From an uncultured bacterium (GTDB lineage Bacteria; Babelota; Babeliae; Babelales; Babelaceae): DNA of 64,000 nt. Both the position numbers and the translations under genes were made by a program. Position 1 is the first letter of the stretch. The number at the start of each line of letters is the position of its first letter. Of this stretch, positions 10,097-20,958 are shown one piece after another. Under the pieces are notes generated by a model. That model saw nothing but the letters and a program-made list of their open reading frames with translations, was not told the origin of the DNA and ran no database searches. The stretch spans positions 1 to 64,000 of the forward strand of contig OY970209.1 of the NCBI GenBank assembly GCA_963713855.1. The letters are read 5' to 3'.

Positions 10097-11494
10097 TTAT
10101 GTCTGGACAGATGGCGATAAACGAAGCCTGTAATACCACTTTTTGCCCGCAAACCGTCCAACATAGATAAGGCTCATAAGGCCCGCATTTATATAAAAGG
10201 ACCCATATATAAGAATAAATTTAATAAGTTTATTATCAAGCGGGAGTATTGAAAAAGCCCAAGACATAGGCAAGAAGCAGACAACACCAGCCAGAAGGCG
10301 AACCCACATTACAGTCCATACATCGCCAGCCCCTCGTAAAGCCGCTGCTAAAATAAGCTGCAGAACATCGAGTATGGCCAAGGCGCTAATAAAAGGGAGC
10401 GCTCTGCTTGCAAAAGCGGTGAATGTACCAGCAGAATCAAAAATGTGCACCATAGGACTTGCAAACACTGAAAAAATGCTCAAAATACACACAACTGACA
10501 CTGATGCTAAAATGAGCACTTTTTTAAGGTCCTGCTTAACACCGGTCCAATTACCCGCTCCGACATCATTACTCACAAGAAACGTTATAACTTGACCAAA
10601 GGCTATAGCCGGTATAAAGGCTAATTGTTCAAGATCACGTATTGCAGAAAAGCTTGCCAAAGATTGCTCTCCAGCTGGCGCTAACATACGTACAAGCCAA
10701 ATTTTGGCCCAAGCAAGGGTCGCTTTATCAAGCATAACCGGCCAACTAAGCTCTAAAAGCCTAAATGCTGACTGGGGGCTATAAGACCCGATTATGTGCA
10801 TGCTGTAGCGGCGAAGATGCTTGTCTTGAAGCAGGTATATAAGTGCGCCAAAGCACATAACGATATGCTGAATTAAAAATGCAACTGCTGATCCTTGAAA
10901 GCCTAACGCTGGAAGCCCAAACTCGCCTTTAATAAGCCCCCAATCAAAAAAAAGGAAAACTGCACCACCCATCAAAAATAACACCATGGGCACACGCGTG
11001 TTTTTAATACCACGCAAAAAACCAATAAAGGAAAAATAAAGGAACATAAAGAAAATTCCCAAAGCCCGTATACGAAGGAAGGGTACACCGATGTCGGCCA
11101 TGTTTTTAGTAACACCGTACCAACTATAAATAAACGGTGCACCTATGTAGAGTATGCTTGCCATTAAAGCACCAATTAATGCCGTAGTCCACAAAGAGCT
11201 CACAGCGGCCACACCCACCTTTTCAGGAGCATCTTGGCCATTGTACTGACCGCATAAAACGACCGTGCCTACCGAAATACCCTCGGCTACCTTTGTAATA
11301 AAATGGGTAAGCGTGCTCGTTACACCAAGAGTTGCATAAAGCGACGTTGTCTTTAAATCAGCTATAAGCTTGGCGTCAAACAATGACAGCAATGAGTAGG
11401 TAACAAAAGCGGTTACGAGCTCAGGGTAAAAATAAGCTAAAATACGGCGATAGCTTTCGCCTGCCGAAGATTCATGTTGACCTACCACTTCCAT
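10097..11494 (-). CDS. MATE family efflux transporter
   Basis: About 12 hydrophobic segments, GQYNG, FLRGIKNTRVPM, LRGAGD motifs. Confidence 0.9.
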   Translation of the reverse strand: MEVVGQHESSAGESYRRILAYFYPELVTAFVTYSLLSLFDAKLIADLKTTSLYATLGVTSTLTHFITKVAEGISVGTVVLCGQYNGQDAPEKVGVAAVSSLWTTALIGALMASILYIGAPFIYSWYGVTKNMADIGVPFLRIRALGIFFMFLYFSFIGFLRGIKNTRVPMVLFLMGGAVFLFFDWGLIKGEFGLPALGFQGSAVAFLIQHIVMCFGALIYLLQDKHLRRYSMHIIGSYSPQSAFRLLELSWPVMLDKATLAWAKIWLVRMLAPAGEQSLASFSAIRDLEQLAFIPAIAFGQVITFLVSNDVGAGNWTGVKQDLKKVLILASVSVVCILSIFSVFASPMVHIFDSAGTFTAFASRALPFISALAILDVLQLILAAALRGAGDVWTVMWVRLLAGVVCFLPMSWAFSILPLDNKLIKFILIYGSFYINAGLMSLIYVGRFAGKKWYYRLRLSPSVQT

Positions 11495-11508
11495 ATAAGC
11501 CTTGCTTT

Positions 11509-12141
11509 TTAATGAGTGCCACTTTCTAGAACCACCAGTTTACGCTTTTTATGGCCCACTTGATAGGGACATTCTTTTTTAATAAAAGGAATAACGTACT
11601 CTTCAGGAACCCATTGGATTGAAGCCCAATAAGCAAGTTGAGCATCGCGATACTCACTGGCCGGCCTAAATATACGAAGAAGCTCCCTAAATTGCAATGA
11701 AGCCCGCGCGCAAAAAAGGTCTACAGGTATATGTGCATGACGCAAAAACATTCTCCAATCAAGCTGATAAACCTCGATATCTTGTAAACCGAGCTTAACT
11801 ATAAGATCTTCTAAAAATGCAACTTTTTTATGCGTCACTTCTATCAGTATAACTTTAAGGTCTGGGTATACAATTTTAAGTGGCACTCCGGGAAAACCCG
11901 CCCCAGTACCAATATCTGCAAGCACCCGAACATCACTCATCGGCACACAATAGGCTAGTGCTAAAGAATCTTCAAAATGATAATGGATAACTGATGAAAG
12001 CTGGGTTAAGGAAGTAAGGTTAAAAAGCTCATTAGCTTCTAAAAGAAGTGTGTAATAGCGCTCAAATTGCGAGAGCTGGCCAGAAGAAAGCTTTAAGCGC
12101 TCAGAAAACGCTTGCCATAGTTGGGCGTTCTTTGTATCCAT
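11509..12141 (-). CDS. rsmG: 16S rRNA m7G527 methyltransferase
   Basis: FNLTS, HFEDSL, DIGTGAGFPGVPLKI, KKVAFL. Confidence 0.93.
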   Translation of the reverse strand: MDTKNAQLWQAFSERLKLSSGQLSQFERYYTLLLEANELFNLTSLTQLSSVIHYHFEDSLALAYCVPMSDVRVLADIGTGAGFPGVPLKIVYPDLKVILIEVTHKKVAFLEDLIVKLGLQDIEVYQLDWRMFLRHAHIPVDLFCARASLQFRELLRIFRPASEYRDAQLAYWASIQWVPEEYVIPFIKKECPYQVGHKKRKLVVLESGTH

Positions 12142-12175
12142 AGTTCTGCTGTTATAAAGTTTTTTTTAGTATACC

Positions 12176-13060
12176 CTAAAACTTATAAGCGATATAGAAT
12201 GAGCTACGTGTTTGTAGTTTGGGCATCATCCGTTGCTTTGGCTGCAGCACTGGAAACTGAATCCCTGCCTGCATAACCCAATGCTCATTTGAACAAAAAA
12301 GAGAAGGCCCTAGAAATAAAATAGTACCCTCAAAAAAAGGAGCAAAGAGCTTTCCCGCAGCCCTAGCTGGACCTTGCCGGCCATTATTTTTAGCAGTATG
12401 AATGCCATCGATTTCAAGAAGACCAAGAATAATAGAATCAACAGTGTCTGCAAGATTCAACCCGAGTCCCCCTTCAAAATAAACTTGAGTGCTGACTTGG
12501 GATTTACGCTCATTAGTAGGAAATGACACACCGCACGAGGTAAAGCTATACCATTTTATAGTGGTATAGCTGCAAGTAGTTCCTATAAAAAAAACAGCAG
12601 TCCCCGCACCGACAGGTGGTACTGAATTTGGTGAACCTGTAGGAAACCATATTCCGCCAACTACTGTACCCTGCAAAAACCATGTAGGTCCTCCGCTTTG
12701 ATAAAAAGCGTACTCTGCATCTACGTAAAAGTCGGCTAGCCCTCTAGATCTCGTATCTTCTTCCTTATAAGAAAGTGCTATGGGCAAATTAAACAATATA
12801 GAAAACGTGTCGCTTATACCGTACAAAAAGCTTGGTGTGAGAGCCAGAAAATGTTGGTGTTTTCCCGTTATACAAGAAAGAGTGGTAAACGCAAATTTAT
12901 CGCCCTTATCAACAATATTTTGACCAAAGCTAAAAAGTGGACTTGGCTGTTGTGAAGTCGGCAAAGCAAAATTACCTATGGCAATTGGTTCTTCACTTTT
13001 ACCACAAAGACCATACGTTGCCAAAAAAATGAGCAATGTAAGCAGATTTTTTTTGAACAC
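12176..13060 (-). CDS. Putative outer-membrane beta-barrel protein
   Basis: Signal peptide, alternating hydrophobic beta-strand pattern, C-terminal YIAYKF. Confidence 0.6.
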   Translation of the reverse strand: MFKKNLLTLLIFLATYGLCGKSEEPIAIGNFALPTSQQPSPLFSFGQNIVDKGDKFAFTTLSCITGKHQHFLALTPSFLYGISDTFSILFNLPIALSYKEEDTRSRGLADFYVDAEYAFYQSGGPTWFLQGTVVGGIWFPTGSPNSVPPVGAGTAVFFIGTTCSYTTIKWYSFTSCGVSFPTNERKSQVSTQVYFEGGLGLNLADTVDSIILGLLEIDGIHTAKNNGRQGPARAAGKLFAPFFEGTILFLGPSLFCSNEHWVMQAGIQFPVLQPKQRMMPKLQTRSSFYIAYKF

Positions 13061-13166
13061 AATTCGACTTTCATTTAATAGTTATTTTTGAACTTAGAGT
13101 ATACTTTATATCATGCATTATGATTAAGAAAATAGAGTATTCGTTGCTCATTATAAGGTATGTCTC

Positions 13167-14009
13167 ATGAAAAAAATCAAAATGGTTCTCACTCTTTTTC
13201 TAGCTTGCAACCTAGCGCAAGGAATGAATCCACCAGAAGAAAATACTTTAGACAATAGTATTAGAATTAGCTTTCAACCAAGGCCAAAAGCAGTACTTCT
13301 GTGTTTGCTGGTAAAAAACCCTCAAAATTTATCTGCATATGCATCAAAGTCTGTTGTGCTCAGAAAAGTAGCGCTTTTGCAAGAGATATTGATCTACATT
13401 ACCAACTTTCAAGCCGGCTGGGACGAGCTTGATCCAGACTTTAAAAAAAGCACAATACTGTTGGAGGCTTCCCTTTTACTTCTTGATACAAACAGAAAGA
13501 CGTGTGAAGAATTGATGAAACCGTTCAATTTTTCGTCGCTACAAATCCCAGCTTTACGACATATAGTCGACACAATTATTAAAAATGATTGGAAGAAACT
13601 CAAAGCATTTTTAATGAAATTTACTACACATCATGATCGCGAAATTCCAACACCAAACTACCAAGATTCTAGCCTACATTTTCTTGATTTGATGATAGGG
13701 CCAACACCTCCTGCGTTTTTGACTTTTGAAAATATATCATTAAGGTTAGCTAGATTTTACAAAAAAATCCTTGAACGAATTCGAGACGGTATTTTGAGAG
13801 AGAATTCGCTGCTTTTTCTTTATAGTTCTCTAGTTAGCCCGTCTTCCTTTGTAGACCTGTTATCAATACTACGTTTTGGCAGAGAAACGGCGACGCTTTA
13901 TACTTTTGCTCAAGAAACAGGCAAGCTCTATGAAATCCAAGAACAAGCAAAGCTTATTCATAGTCAAGGATCGCCCACTTTTAACATAATTTGGTCTTGT
14001 GATTTCTGA
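13167..14009 (+). CDS. Hypothetical secreted protein
   Basis: Signal peptide ending LAQG-MN; helical Leu-rich body. Confidence 0.7.
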   Translation: MKKIKMVLTLFLACNLAQGMNPPEENTLDNSIRISFQPRPKAVLLCLLVKNPQNLSAYASKSVVLRKVALLQEILIYITNFQAGWDELDPDFKKSTILLEASLLLLDTNRKTCEELMKPFNFSSLQIPALRHIVDTIIKNDWKKLKAFLMKFTTHHDREIPTPNYQDSSLHFLDLMIGPTPPAFLTFENISLRLARFYKKILERIRDGILRENSLLFLYSSLVSPSSFVDLLSILRFGRETATLYTFAQETGKLYEIQEQAKLIHSQGSPTFNIIWSCDF

Positions 14010-14074
14010 CACACATTTACTATTTTAGACGCAAGAACTTTATCGTTACAAAAGAAACCTTTGAGGGTATTTAC

Positions 14075-14968
14075 ATGAACCTATGGATAGCTCAAAAAAG
14101 GAATTTTATATACGTTATCATAGTGCTTTTTGCTCAATGCGTGGAAAGCAAAGGGCCACCTATTACTATTATGATACATGGCACTTCGCGCACAACTAAT
14201 TTTTTTGAGATAGTACCCCCTGTTCATCGAATTCTTGCTGACTGGTTAAGAACGCCTAATGGATTGCATCACGCTTCAGCCTTAAGCAAAGATCATAATT
14301 TTGCCAGGATCGCTCAAACGCTACATGAGGCTGACCCTTCCATGTTTGACGTCAATCACTTCTATTTTTTTGGCTGGCGCGGCTATTTATGTCCTACTGA
14401 GCGTTTGGCTGCAGGCGGAGATATTTTTAAAGGCATCTATGACCTTCTCACGCAAGAATGCTATAAAGATTCCCCCTTGACAATAATCACCCACAGCCAC
14501 GGTGGCAACGTAGGGTTATCGATTGCGCATTACCTGATGACTAAAGATATGCATTTTACGGTCGAGCGCCTCATTTTACTTGCATGCCCTATCCAAGATA
14601 AAACCGAAGAGTACGCAGCATCTCCCATGTTTAAGCACGTACATAACCTTTTTAGTGGAGCCGATTGGCTACAGGTACTTGACCCACAAGGGCTCGAGCA
14701 GGGCTTTTTTAACTGCTTTTTTAACACGACACTCTTTTCAAGGCGAACTTTCAAAGAATCGTTGCCAGTTAACAACGTTAAAATAGTTAACCGCAAAAGG
14801 GGACTTTCACACGTAGGCTTTATTCACCCCAGTTTTTATGTAACGCTTCCCACACTTATTCGAGCTCTCGAATCCACCGACCAATGCGCTGAACTGCGCT
14901 ATGTGGCTCCAAGGCTCTATCAAGCTGATTTGGCAAAAATGCTAAAAAAAGAGCAAAAACTCCTATAA
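14075..14968 (+). CDS. Secreted alpha/beta-hydrolase fold protein
   Basis: IMIHGT, nucleophile elbow THSHGG, LILLACP, distal SHVGF. Confidence 0.75.
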   Translation: MNLWIAQKRNFIYVIIVLFAQCVESKGPPITIMIHGTSRTTNFFEIVPPVHRILADWLRTPNGLHHASALSKDHNFARIAQTLHEADPSMFDVNHFYFFGWRGYLCPTERLAAGGDIFKGIYDLLTQECYKDSPLTIITHSHGGNVGLSIAHYLMTKDMHFTVERLILLACPIQDKTEEYAASPMFKHVHNLFSGADWLQVLDPQGLEQGFFNCFFNTTLFSRRTFKESLPVNNVKIVNRKRGLSHVGFIHPSFYVTLPTLIRALESTDQCAELRYVAPRLYQADLAKMLKKEQKLL

Positions 14969-15087
14969 GTATCACATAAATATCAAAGCCGAATGAAATT
15001 ATTCCAGCTTACCAATAAAAAGTTATATACTGCTAAAATACAAAGTTGCGGAACTTTGACTAGCTCTTTGGCGCAGAAGGAGGAATA

Positions 15088-15822
15088 ATGGGGCAATCGA
15101 GCAGATTAACGGCTTTAAGTATACTGATACTGGCAACTCTTGCTCATGCGCAACAAAAAGGAGTAGTACAAGGAGTCAGTCGCGCTTTAATACCACACGT
15201 TGTTACCTTTTTCATTGAGCGCTGCGACCAAAGGGCTGTATGTATGCCAGAAAAGGTGCTACACTCTGTGAACAAAGCCGCCGCTTTAGACCGTACACTC
15301 ATTGAGCAAGCTATACGCCGAAGGTCTGTACAAGGTATATTTGCAACCTACATGGGTTCAGTCGACACATCAGACGCAAGTGGGCAAATTAGTTTTTTAA
15401 GGCGTCAGCTAGGCGATGAGGTCATTTTTGTTGTTACGCGTTCATTACAACCCATTTTATCTGGTCCAACCACCGTGCATCACTTTATTGTAAGCAAAGA
15501 TGCTCCAGTAGCTTATTATCGCATGGTGCGAGATACGGCGCTTTCAAAATGGGCTGTGCGCAAAATTAAGACCCCAGAGGATCGAGTTGTTCCATTAACT
15601 GCCATCGTACTCATTGCAGAACCGGACCAAGTTGTTTTACCGGATGAGTCATTTATAACCACCAAAAGCCCGAACTTACTTTTGCCGACAGTATATGCTT
15701 TAAAAACGCTTACACCGGGCATTAACGCGCTCCATTTTTTGGCTGTTAATAGGTTTTTTGCTCCTAACATCTATGCTCGGCGGTATGCTCAAACTCGTTA
15801 TGGTACAATCATTGTTCCATAG
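15088..15822 (+). CDS. Hypothetical secreted protein
   Basis: AAGGAGG RBS, signal peptide ending AHA. Confidence 0.75.
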   Translation: MGQSSRLTALSILILATLAHAQQKGVVQGVSRALIPHVVTFFIERCDQRAVCMPEKVLHSVNKAAALDRTLIEQAIRRRSVQGIFATYMGSVDTSDASGQISFLRRQLGDEVIFVVTRSLQPILSGPTTVHHFIVSKDAPVAYYRMVRDTALSKWAVRKIKTPEDRVVPLTAIVLIAEPDQVVLPDESFITTKSPNLLLPTVYALKTLTPGINALHFLAVNRFFAPNIYARRYAQTRYGTIIVP

Positions 15823-15890
15823 CTTTGCAGGACTGAAAATGATGATATACTCAAAATAAGCATACGTTTCTAAAATGTAAGGACTCTTTT

Positions 15891-16520
15891 ATGAAACTAC
15901 AAATAGCTTTCGATCTTCTAGACCTGAATAAGGCACTCGATAAAGCTGGAGAGGTGCAGGAGTATGCTGATATTTTAGAAGTCGGTTCCCTCTTAATTTT
16001 TAAGTATGGACAACAAGCTGTCCAAGCTTTTAAGGAACATTTTCCTCAAAAAACCATTTTAGCAGATGCTAAAATTGTAGATCGCGGCAAGGAAGCTGTA
16101 ACGCTTTTTGCTCAGGGAGGAGCAGATTGGGTAACAGTAATGGCAGGAACAAGCAGAAACGTTATCCATGCTGTTACGCAAACCGCACATGAAATGGGAA
16201 AACGGGTCATGCTTGATCTGCTTGACGCACCGTCGCTGGGCCAATCTGCACTTGAGTCTAAAAGTTTAGGCGCAGACGCGTTACTCTTCCACGTTCCAGC
16301 ATTAGCAGACGCACAAGTTACTTTGTCTGAGCGGTGGGATATGGTAAAAGGAAACACTCCGTTACCAATATTTATCGCAGCCACAGTCACGCGTGAAAAT
16401 GTAAACGAGTTTGTGGCTTTTAAGCCCGCCGGACTTGTTTTAAGCAACGTCATCACCCAAGCCGACAATGCTAAAGAAGAAGCGGCGTTCTTTCATTCGC
16501 TTATACATGAGCTTAAATAG
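15891..16520 (+). CDS. 3-hexulose-6-phosphate synthase / OMP-decarboxylase superfamily protein
   Basis: MKLQIAFD, ILEVGSLLI, LADAKIVD, GADWVTV. Confidence 0.85.
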   Translation: MKLQIAFDLLDLNKALDKAGEVQEYADILEVGSLLIFKYGQQAVQAFKEHFPQKTILADAKIVDRGKEAVTLFAQGGADWVTVMAGTSRNVIHAVTQTAHEMGKRVMLDLLDAPSLGQSALESKSLGADALLFHVPALADAQVTLSERWDMVKGNTPLPIFIAATVTRENVNEFVAFKPAGLVLSNVITQADNAKEEAAFFHSLIHELK

Positions 16521-16564
16521 TGACTCTTAAAGCGCACAACTAATTTAGCACCTCAGGGACAACC

Positions 16565-17557
16565 ATGCTTACACATTTTCTCTTAGGAGTTGTTATGCTC
16601 ATCTTTGGCACACTCGTGAGGGGAATGGAACAAAGCTCAGAGCACGATAGCTCCAAAAAAGACTGGGATTCGTTATATAAAAAAGTCCGCAATGAAAAAA
16701 TCATAAAAGATACGCGAGTCTTTAAAAGCTTGAAACTTCTTGTACTAAAAAAGCTTATTCTAAGTACCTCTCAAATAGATAACCTGCCTGAAGAATTGAA
16801 AAAGAGTATAGAATGCGCTCGGCAGGCTCTCATACTTCTTAATGAGCCAGATGATGCACCAAAAGAACTGCTCATAGAATTTATACATGTACCATATGTA
16901 CTGGAAATTATTGGTGAACTACAGCATGAAAAGCTCCTTTTAGACCTTGCAAAACTACCTGAAGAAACCTTCGGATTAACATCTTTGCCACCCGAGCTTT
17001 TAGAAGAAGTAAAGCAGGTTCGTTTATTAAGCGCATCTACGGTTGAAACATGGCAAGAACGACTCAAGGAGGGAGACATTTATTTTGTGGAAAAGATTGA
17101 AAACTCAACTCAATATCCTGCCATTGTCAGCTTACTTGTTACAAACAGCGCGCTATCTTCTTACCAAAGAGCTTTTTTAGTAGAAGATCTTGTTAACTTA
17201 AGCGCCATGAGAGGCCACAGCGCAACCGTACATTTTTTACAAACTATACGTGCCCCCGAACTAAATGTTCTTGGCTGCCGCCCACTCTATTGGTCGGTTT
17301 TACATGGCCATTTAAATCTTGTAAGCTCACTCTTACAAGACCCACTAGCAAGATTTGAGCTCGATCGATCAAGAAATACTCTCCTCAATGTGGCTCAGGA
17401 AAGGGGACATACTGCAATCGCAGACCTACTACGTCAATCTGAAGATTCTCTGCACGAAGAGAGAAGCGTTAGTGCGTCACAAAACAACGATAAATACTTA
17501 GGTCTTCCTACGCATAATTGGCAAGATTTATTTTCAAGTTTTAGCAGTATCATGTAA
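16565..17557 (+). CDS. Secreted ankyrin-repeat protein
   Basis: Signal peptide; C-terminal ankyrin-like repeats (PLYWSVLHGHLNLVSSLL, TLLNVAQERGHTAIADLL). Confidence 0.75.
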   Translation: MLTHFLLGVVMLIFGTLVRGMEQSSEHDSSKKDWDSLYKKVRNEKIIKDTRVFKSLKLLVLKKLILSTSQIDNLPEELKKSIECARQALILLNEPDDAPKELLIEFIHVPYVLEIIGELQHEKLLLDLAKLPEETFGLTSLPPELLEEVKQVRLLSASTVETWQERLKEGDIYFVEKIENSTQYPAIVSLLVTNSALSSYQRAFLVEDLVNLSAMRGHSATVHFLQTIRAPELNVLGCRPLYWSVLHGHLNLVSSLLQDPLARFELDRSRNTLLNVAQERGHTAIADLLRQSEDSLHEERSVSASQNNDKYLGLPTHNWQDLFSSFSSIM

Positions 17558-17615
17558 TAATTCACAAAAATGCCGTTTTTACTATACTTCCTATAAGATT
17601 ACTTAGAGCACCAAA

Positions 17616-19172
17616 ATGCAAAAACGCAGCACACTACTTTCCCACGTTATCCAGTTAGGTAGCGGTGGTCTCATGAGCCGATTTCTTGGACTTGTAAGAC
17701 GCATTCTTCTTGCGCGATTTTTAGGAGTTAGCGCCGCGGCTGATGCATTTCATCTTGCTTTTACGATACCAAACACACTCCGCAGACTCTTTGCAGAAGG
17801 CTCATTTAACGCGGCTTTAACGCCTACCCTTGTAACACTTTTAAAAAAAGAGGGATCTAATCAGGCCGATGCTCTTATTACCCTCACATTCTTAATAACA
17901 CAATCGCTTTTGTGCATACTGTGCATACTATTAAGCTTTAAAGCTTCTATGGTCGTAAAGCTCAGCGTACCAGGATTTGCACACGAAAGCTTAGATATGG
18001 CTGCTCATTTGACTTCAATAATGGTCTTTTTTGCTCTGTTTGTTTCTGCAAATGCGCTTTTTACAAGCGCGTTGCAAGCGGTGCATAAGTTTTTTATTGC
18101 AGCTCATAGCCAATCAATCATGAATATGCTCTTTATTGGACAACTTGCTCTAGGCATAAGATACAACTTATCGCCGATACTTCTTGCGTATGCAACATTG
18201 GCAAATGGTTTTATTATAGCGCTCATACATATAGCGGCTTACAACCATGCTGGTCTATCATTTGTACTTCCTAATCGACACACCTTTCACCTACTTCGGG
18301 AAGTCGGAAAGAAATTTTTTCCCTGCTTATTAACCCTTGGAAGCACCGAAATCACCTTATTTATTGACCGCATCATGGTATCGTATCTACCGGTCGGTTC
18401 GCTTTCACTCCTTGATTACGCATGGTCTTTAACTGCAGTGCCATTGGGGCTTTTAATGAGCAACTTTGCTACAGTCCTTCTTCCCCATCTTAGTAGTATA
18501 AGCACTTACGCCCCCAAAAGACTCGCTTTTTACCTGCTTGAAGCAAGCAAGCTAATACTCTGGGTTACGCTTCCACTGTCAGCGCTTATGATCGGATTTG
18601 CTGATCCCATTTTTCAGACTCTTTTTAGCACAACAGACCTAGGCTTACAATGGGCTAGTCAAGCAGCAGCTATTTTTATACCTTTTGCCTCGGCTCTTTT
18701 TTTCTTTTCGATCAATAAGCTCTTAGTCAGTATTTGCCACGCTCTGCACGATACTGCTCGTCCTACCGCTATCTCTTTTGCCTGCGCCTGCATCACAACG
18801 ATACTCAACGTTATCTTCATGCGCACATACGCAATTGTAGGTATAGCTATGGCTAATGCGCTGGCCGAAGTTATTAAGACGATTTTGCTGCTCGTCATCA
18901 TTGTGCACGCCCATGGAATAAAGCTATACGTAGCTCAGTTTTTAAAAACAGCTCTTTTTTGTTGCATCCAATTAGCACTCCTTTCCGTACCTTTTGTTAT
19001 CATTCATAAAGCGCTCTTTGACGCTTTCAAAATGCACATCCCTACACATGCTCTATTCTTTTTACATGGCTGGGGATTTTGGATTTGGACGGGGCCATTA
19101 TGCGGTATGCTTCTTTTAGCTCTCTATTGTACTTACCGAAGGTTTGGCATAAAACTCTACTTACTTACATGA
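17616..19172 (+). CDS. murJ: Lipid II flippase MurJ (MviN)
   Basis: SRFLGLVR, ADAFHLAFTIPNTLRRLFAEGSF, multiple TM segments. Confidence 0.95.
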   Translation: MQKRSTLLSHVIQLGSGGLMSRFLGLVRRILLARFLGVSAAADAFHLAFTIPNTLRRLFAEGSFNAALTPTLVTLLKKEGSNQADALITLTFLITQSLLCILCILLSFKASMVVKLSVPGFAHESLDMAAHLTSIMVFFALFVSANALFTSALQAVHKFFIAAHSQSIMNMLFIGQLALGIRYNLSPILLAYATLANGFIIALIHIAAYNHAGLSFVLPNRHTFHLLREVGKKFFPCLLTLGSTEITLFIDRIMVSYLPVGSLSLLDYAWSLTAVPLGLLMSNFATVLLPHLSSISTYAPKRLAFYLLEASKLILWVTLPLSALMIGFADPIFQTLFSTTDLGLQWASQAAAIFIPFASALFFFSINKLLVSICHALHDTARPTAISFACACITTILNVIFMRTYAIVGIAMANALAEVIKTILLLVIIVHAHGIKLYVAQFLKTALFCCIQLALLSVPFVIIHKALFDAFKMHIPTHALFFLHGWGFWIWTGPLCGMLLLALYCTYRRFGIKLYLLT

Positions 19173-19266
19173 ATACCGGCTTCTTTCTAAAATTAGACAA
19201 TCCTTTATACTTAAAGAAAAGCACATTTGAATAAAGATTGCCGTATTTTAATAGCAAGGAACATGT

Positions 19267-20379
19267 ATGAGCATAGCAGCAGGTTTAGTAGGATTGCCCA
19301 ATGTCGGAAAGTCCACGCTATTTAACGCCTTGACCAATTCTTCAATTCCGGCAGAAAACTATCCATTCTGCACTATTGATCCGCATCTTGCTATTACTTA
19401 TGTTCCAGATGAGCGAGTCAGCCGTTTACAAACACTTTATAAATCGGAAAAAACAATACCAGCAACAGTCCAATTTGTCGATATAGCTGGCCTTGTAAGA
19501 GGAGCTGCATCCGGAGAAGGCCTTGGAAACCAATTTTTAAGCCATATTCGCGAGGTGGACCTTATTCTACATATATTACGCTGCTTTGAAGACCCACTCA
19601 TTACACACACAAGCCAAGAGCTCGATCCATTATCTGACTTTGAAGTAATCGTTACCGAACTCATGCTTAAAGATCTTGATTCCGTACAAAAACGGCTTAC
19701 AAAGTTAACTCAGCTTATAAAGCAAGCAAAAGGTACTCCAACAGTGCTTAAAGAGCACGAGGCCGAAGAGAACTTCTTAAAAACGGTAGAAAAAGCGCTG
19801 AATGCAAGTAACTTCCCTGAAGTACAAGCGCTTATGGCGCAATCTACAGTGCCGACCCTACCCCTTCTTTCTGGTAAAAAATTTCTTGTCATAGCAAACG
19901 TAAGCGAGGGAGAAATCGCTGACGATGCTTACTTAAATAACCCCTTATTCAAGAAGGTATTAGCATCCTTTGGGCATGAGAGGGTTATTCCCGTTTCAGC
20001 TCGCCTTGAGTATGAGCTTTCCCAACTGAATGAAAGCGAAGCTCAAGAAATGGCTTCGATGATGGGAGTACGTAAAAAAGCTACAGAGGCCATTATAGCT
20101 CAATCCTACAAGCATCTTGGTCTTATAACCTTCTTTACCTGTGGACCCAAAGAGATCCACGCTTGGCCCATTGCCTCTGGGCTTACAGTAAGACAAGCAG
20201 CTGGCAAGATTCATTCGGACCTTGAACGTGGTTTTATTTGTGCAGAGGTATTTAATTATGCCGACCTTATCGCGGCCACCTCTGAACTAAAGCTCAAGGA
20301 GGCGGGAAAAGTAAGGATAGAAGGCCAAGACTATCGAGTACGGGATGGGGATATTATCCACGTCCGGTTTAACGTTTGA
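19267..20379 (+). CDS. ychF: Ribosome-binding ATPase YchF
   Basis: GLPNVGKSTLFNALT, NYPFCTIDP, FVDIAGLV, GEGLGNQFL, AAGKIHSD. Confidence 0.97.
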   Translation: MSIAAGLVGLPNVGKSTLFNALTNSSIPAENYPFCTIDPHLAITYVPDERVSRLQTLYKSEKTIPATVQFVDIAGLVRGAASGEGLGNQFLSHIREVDLILHILRCFEDPLITHTSQELDPLSDFEVIVTELMLKDLDSVQKRLTKLTQLIKQAKGTPTVLKEHEAEENFLKTVEKALNASNFPEVQALMAQSTVPTLPLLSGKKFLVIANVSEGEIADDAYLNNPLFKKVLASFGHERVIPVSARLEYELSQLNESEAQEMASMMGVRKKATEAIIAQSYKHLGLITFFTCGPKEIHAWPIASGLTVRQAAGKIHSDLERGFICAEVFNYADLIAATSELKLKEAGKVRIEGQDYRVRDGDIIHVRFNV

Positions 20380-20442
20380 TAAAGACATTCTTAGACTTTT
20401 ACGCTATACTACAGAGTAAAAAGCTTACTAAAGATTAGAAAA

Positions 20443-20958
20443 ATGACGAGAAAAAAAGGCAAGGGTTACTTTTCTATCTCTGCTGTTGCTAAGATGTTTT
20501 CAGTCCATCAACAAACAGTACGTATGTATGAAAAGGAAGGATTGATTTCACCAAAGCGATCAGAGGGCAATACGCGTCTTTTTTCAGAAGAAGACATCGA
20601 TCGCCTAGAAGAAATCATTTATCTGACACATACGCTTGGTATTAATCTGGCGGGCGTAGAAATGATACTCAAGCTTAAAAAGCACATTAGAAAGCTTCAG
20701 CGAGAAATGAATGATCTTTTCAAGCAAGCAAACCAAGAGCTTAATAAGGAAACCGAGCTATCAAAAACTCTCATTGAGCAAAGTTCGCAAAAGCTGTTTT
20801 ACCTAAAGCAACGTACTGGAAGGGCTTTAACACCTCAAGAATCAGCACCGGCATTGAGCGATTCTTCAGACACTAAAGCACTTACAGGGGATGCACTAAA
20901 TAGGTTAGAAATTTTTAAAAAGCCTTCTCAGAATAAACCTAGGGGGAAAGATGTTTAA
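20443..20958 (+). CDS. MerR-family regulator, HspR-like heat-shock repressor
   Basis: FSISAVAKMFSVHQQTVRMYEKEGLISPKRSEGNTRLFS, LGINLAGVEMIL; overlaps htpX start. Confidence 0.85.
   Translation: MTRKKGKGYFSISAVAKMFSVHQQTVRMYEKEGLISPKRSEGNTRLFSEEDIDRLEEIIYLTHTLGINLAGVEMILKLKKHIRKLQREMNDLFKQANQELNKETELSKTLIEQSSQKLFYLKQRTGRALTPQESAPALSDSSDTKALTGDALNRLEIFKKPSQNKPRGKDV

Noticed and set aside
9776..10139. Extended N-termini of gatA and gatC in the ORF track
   Set aside because: They overlap upstream genes; internal Met starts (9775, 10082) fit the family lengths.
20380..20442. HAIR operator upstream of the hspR-like gene
   Set aside because: No CTTGAGT-N7-ACTCAAG match is present.
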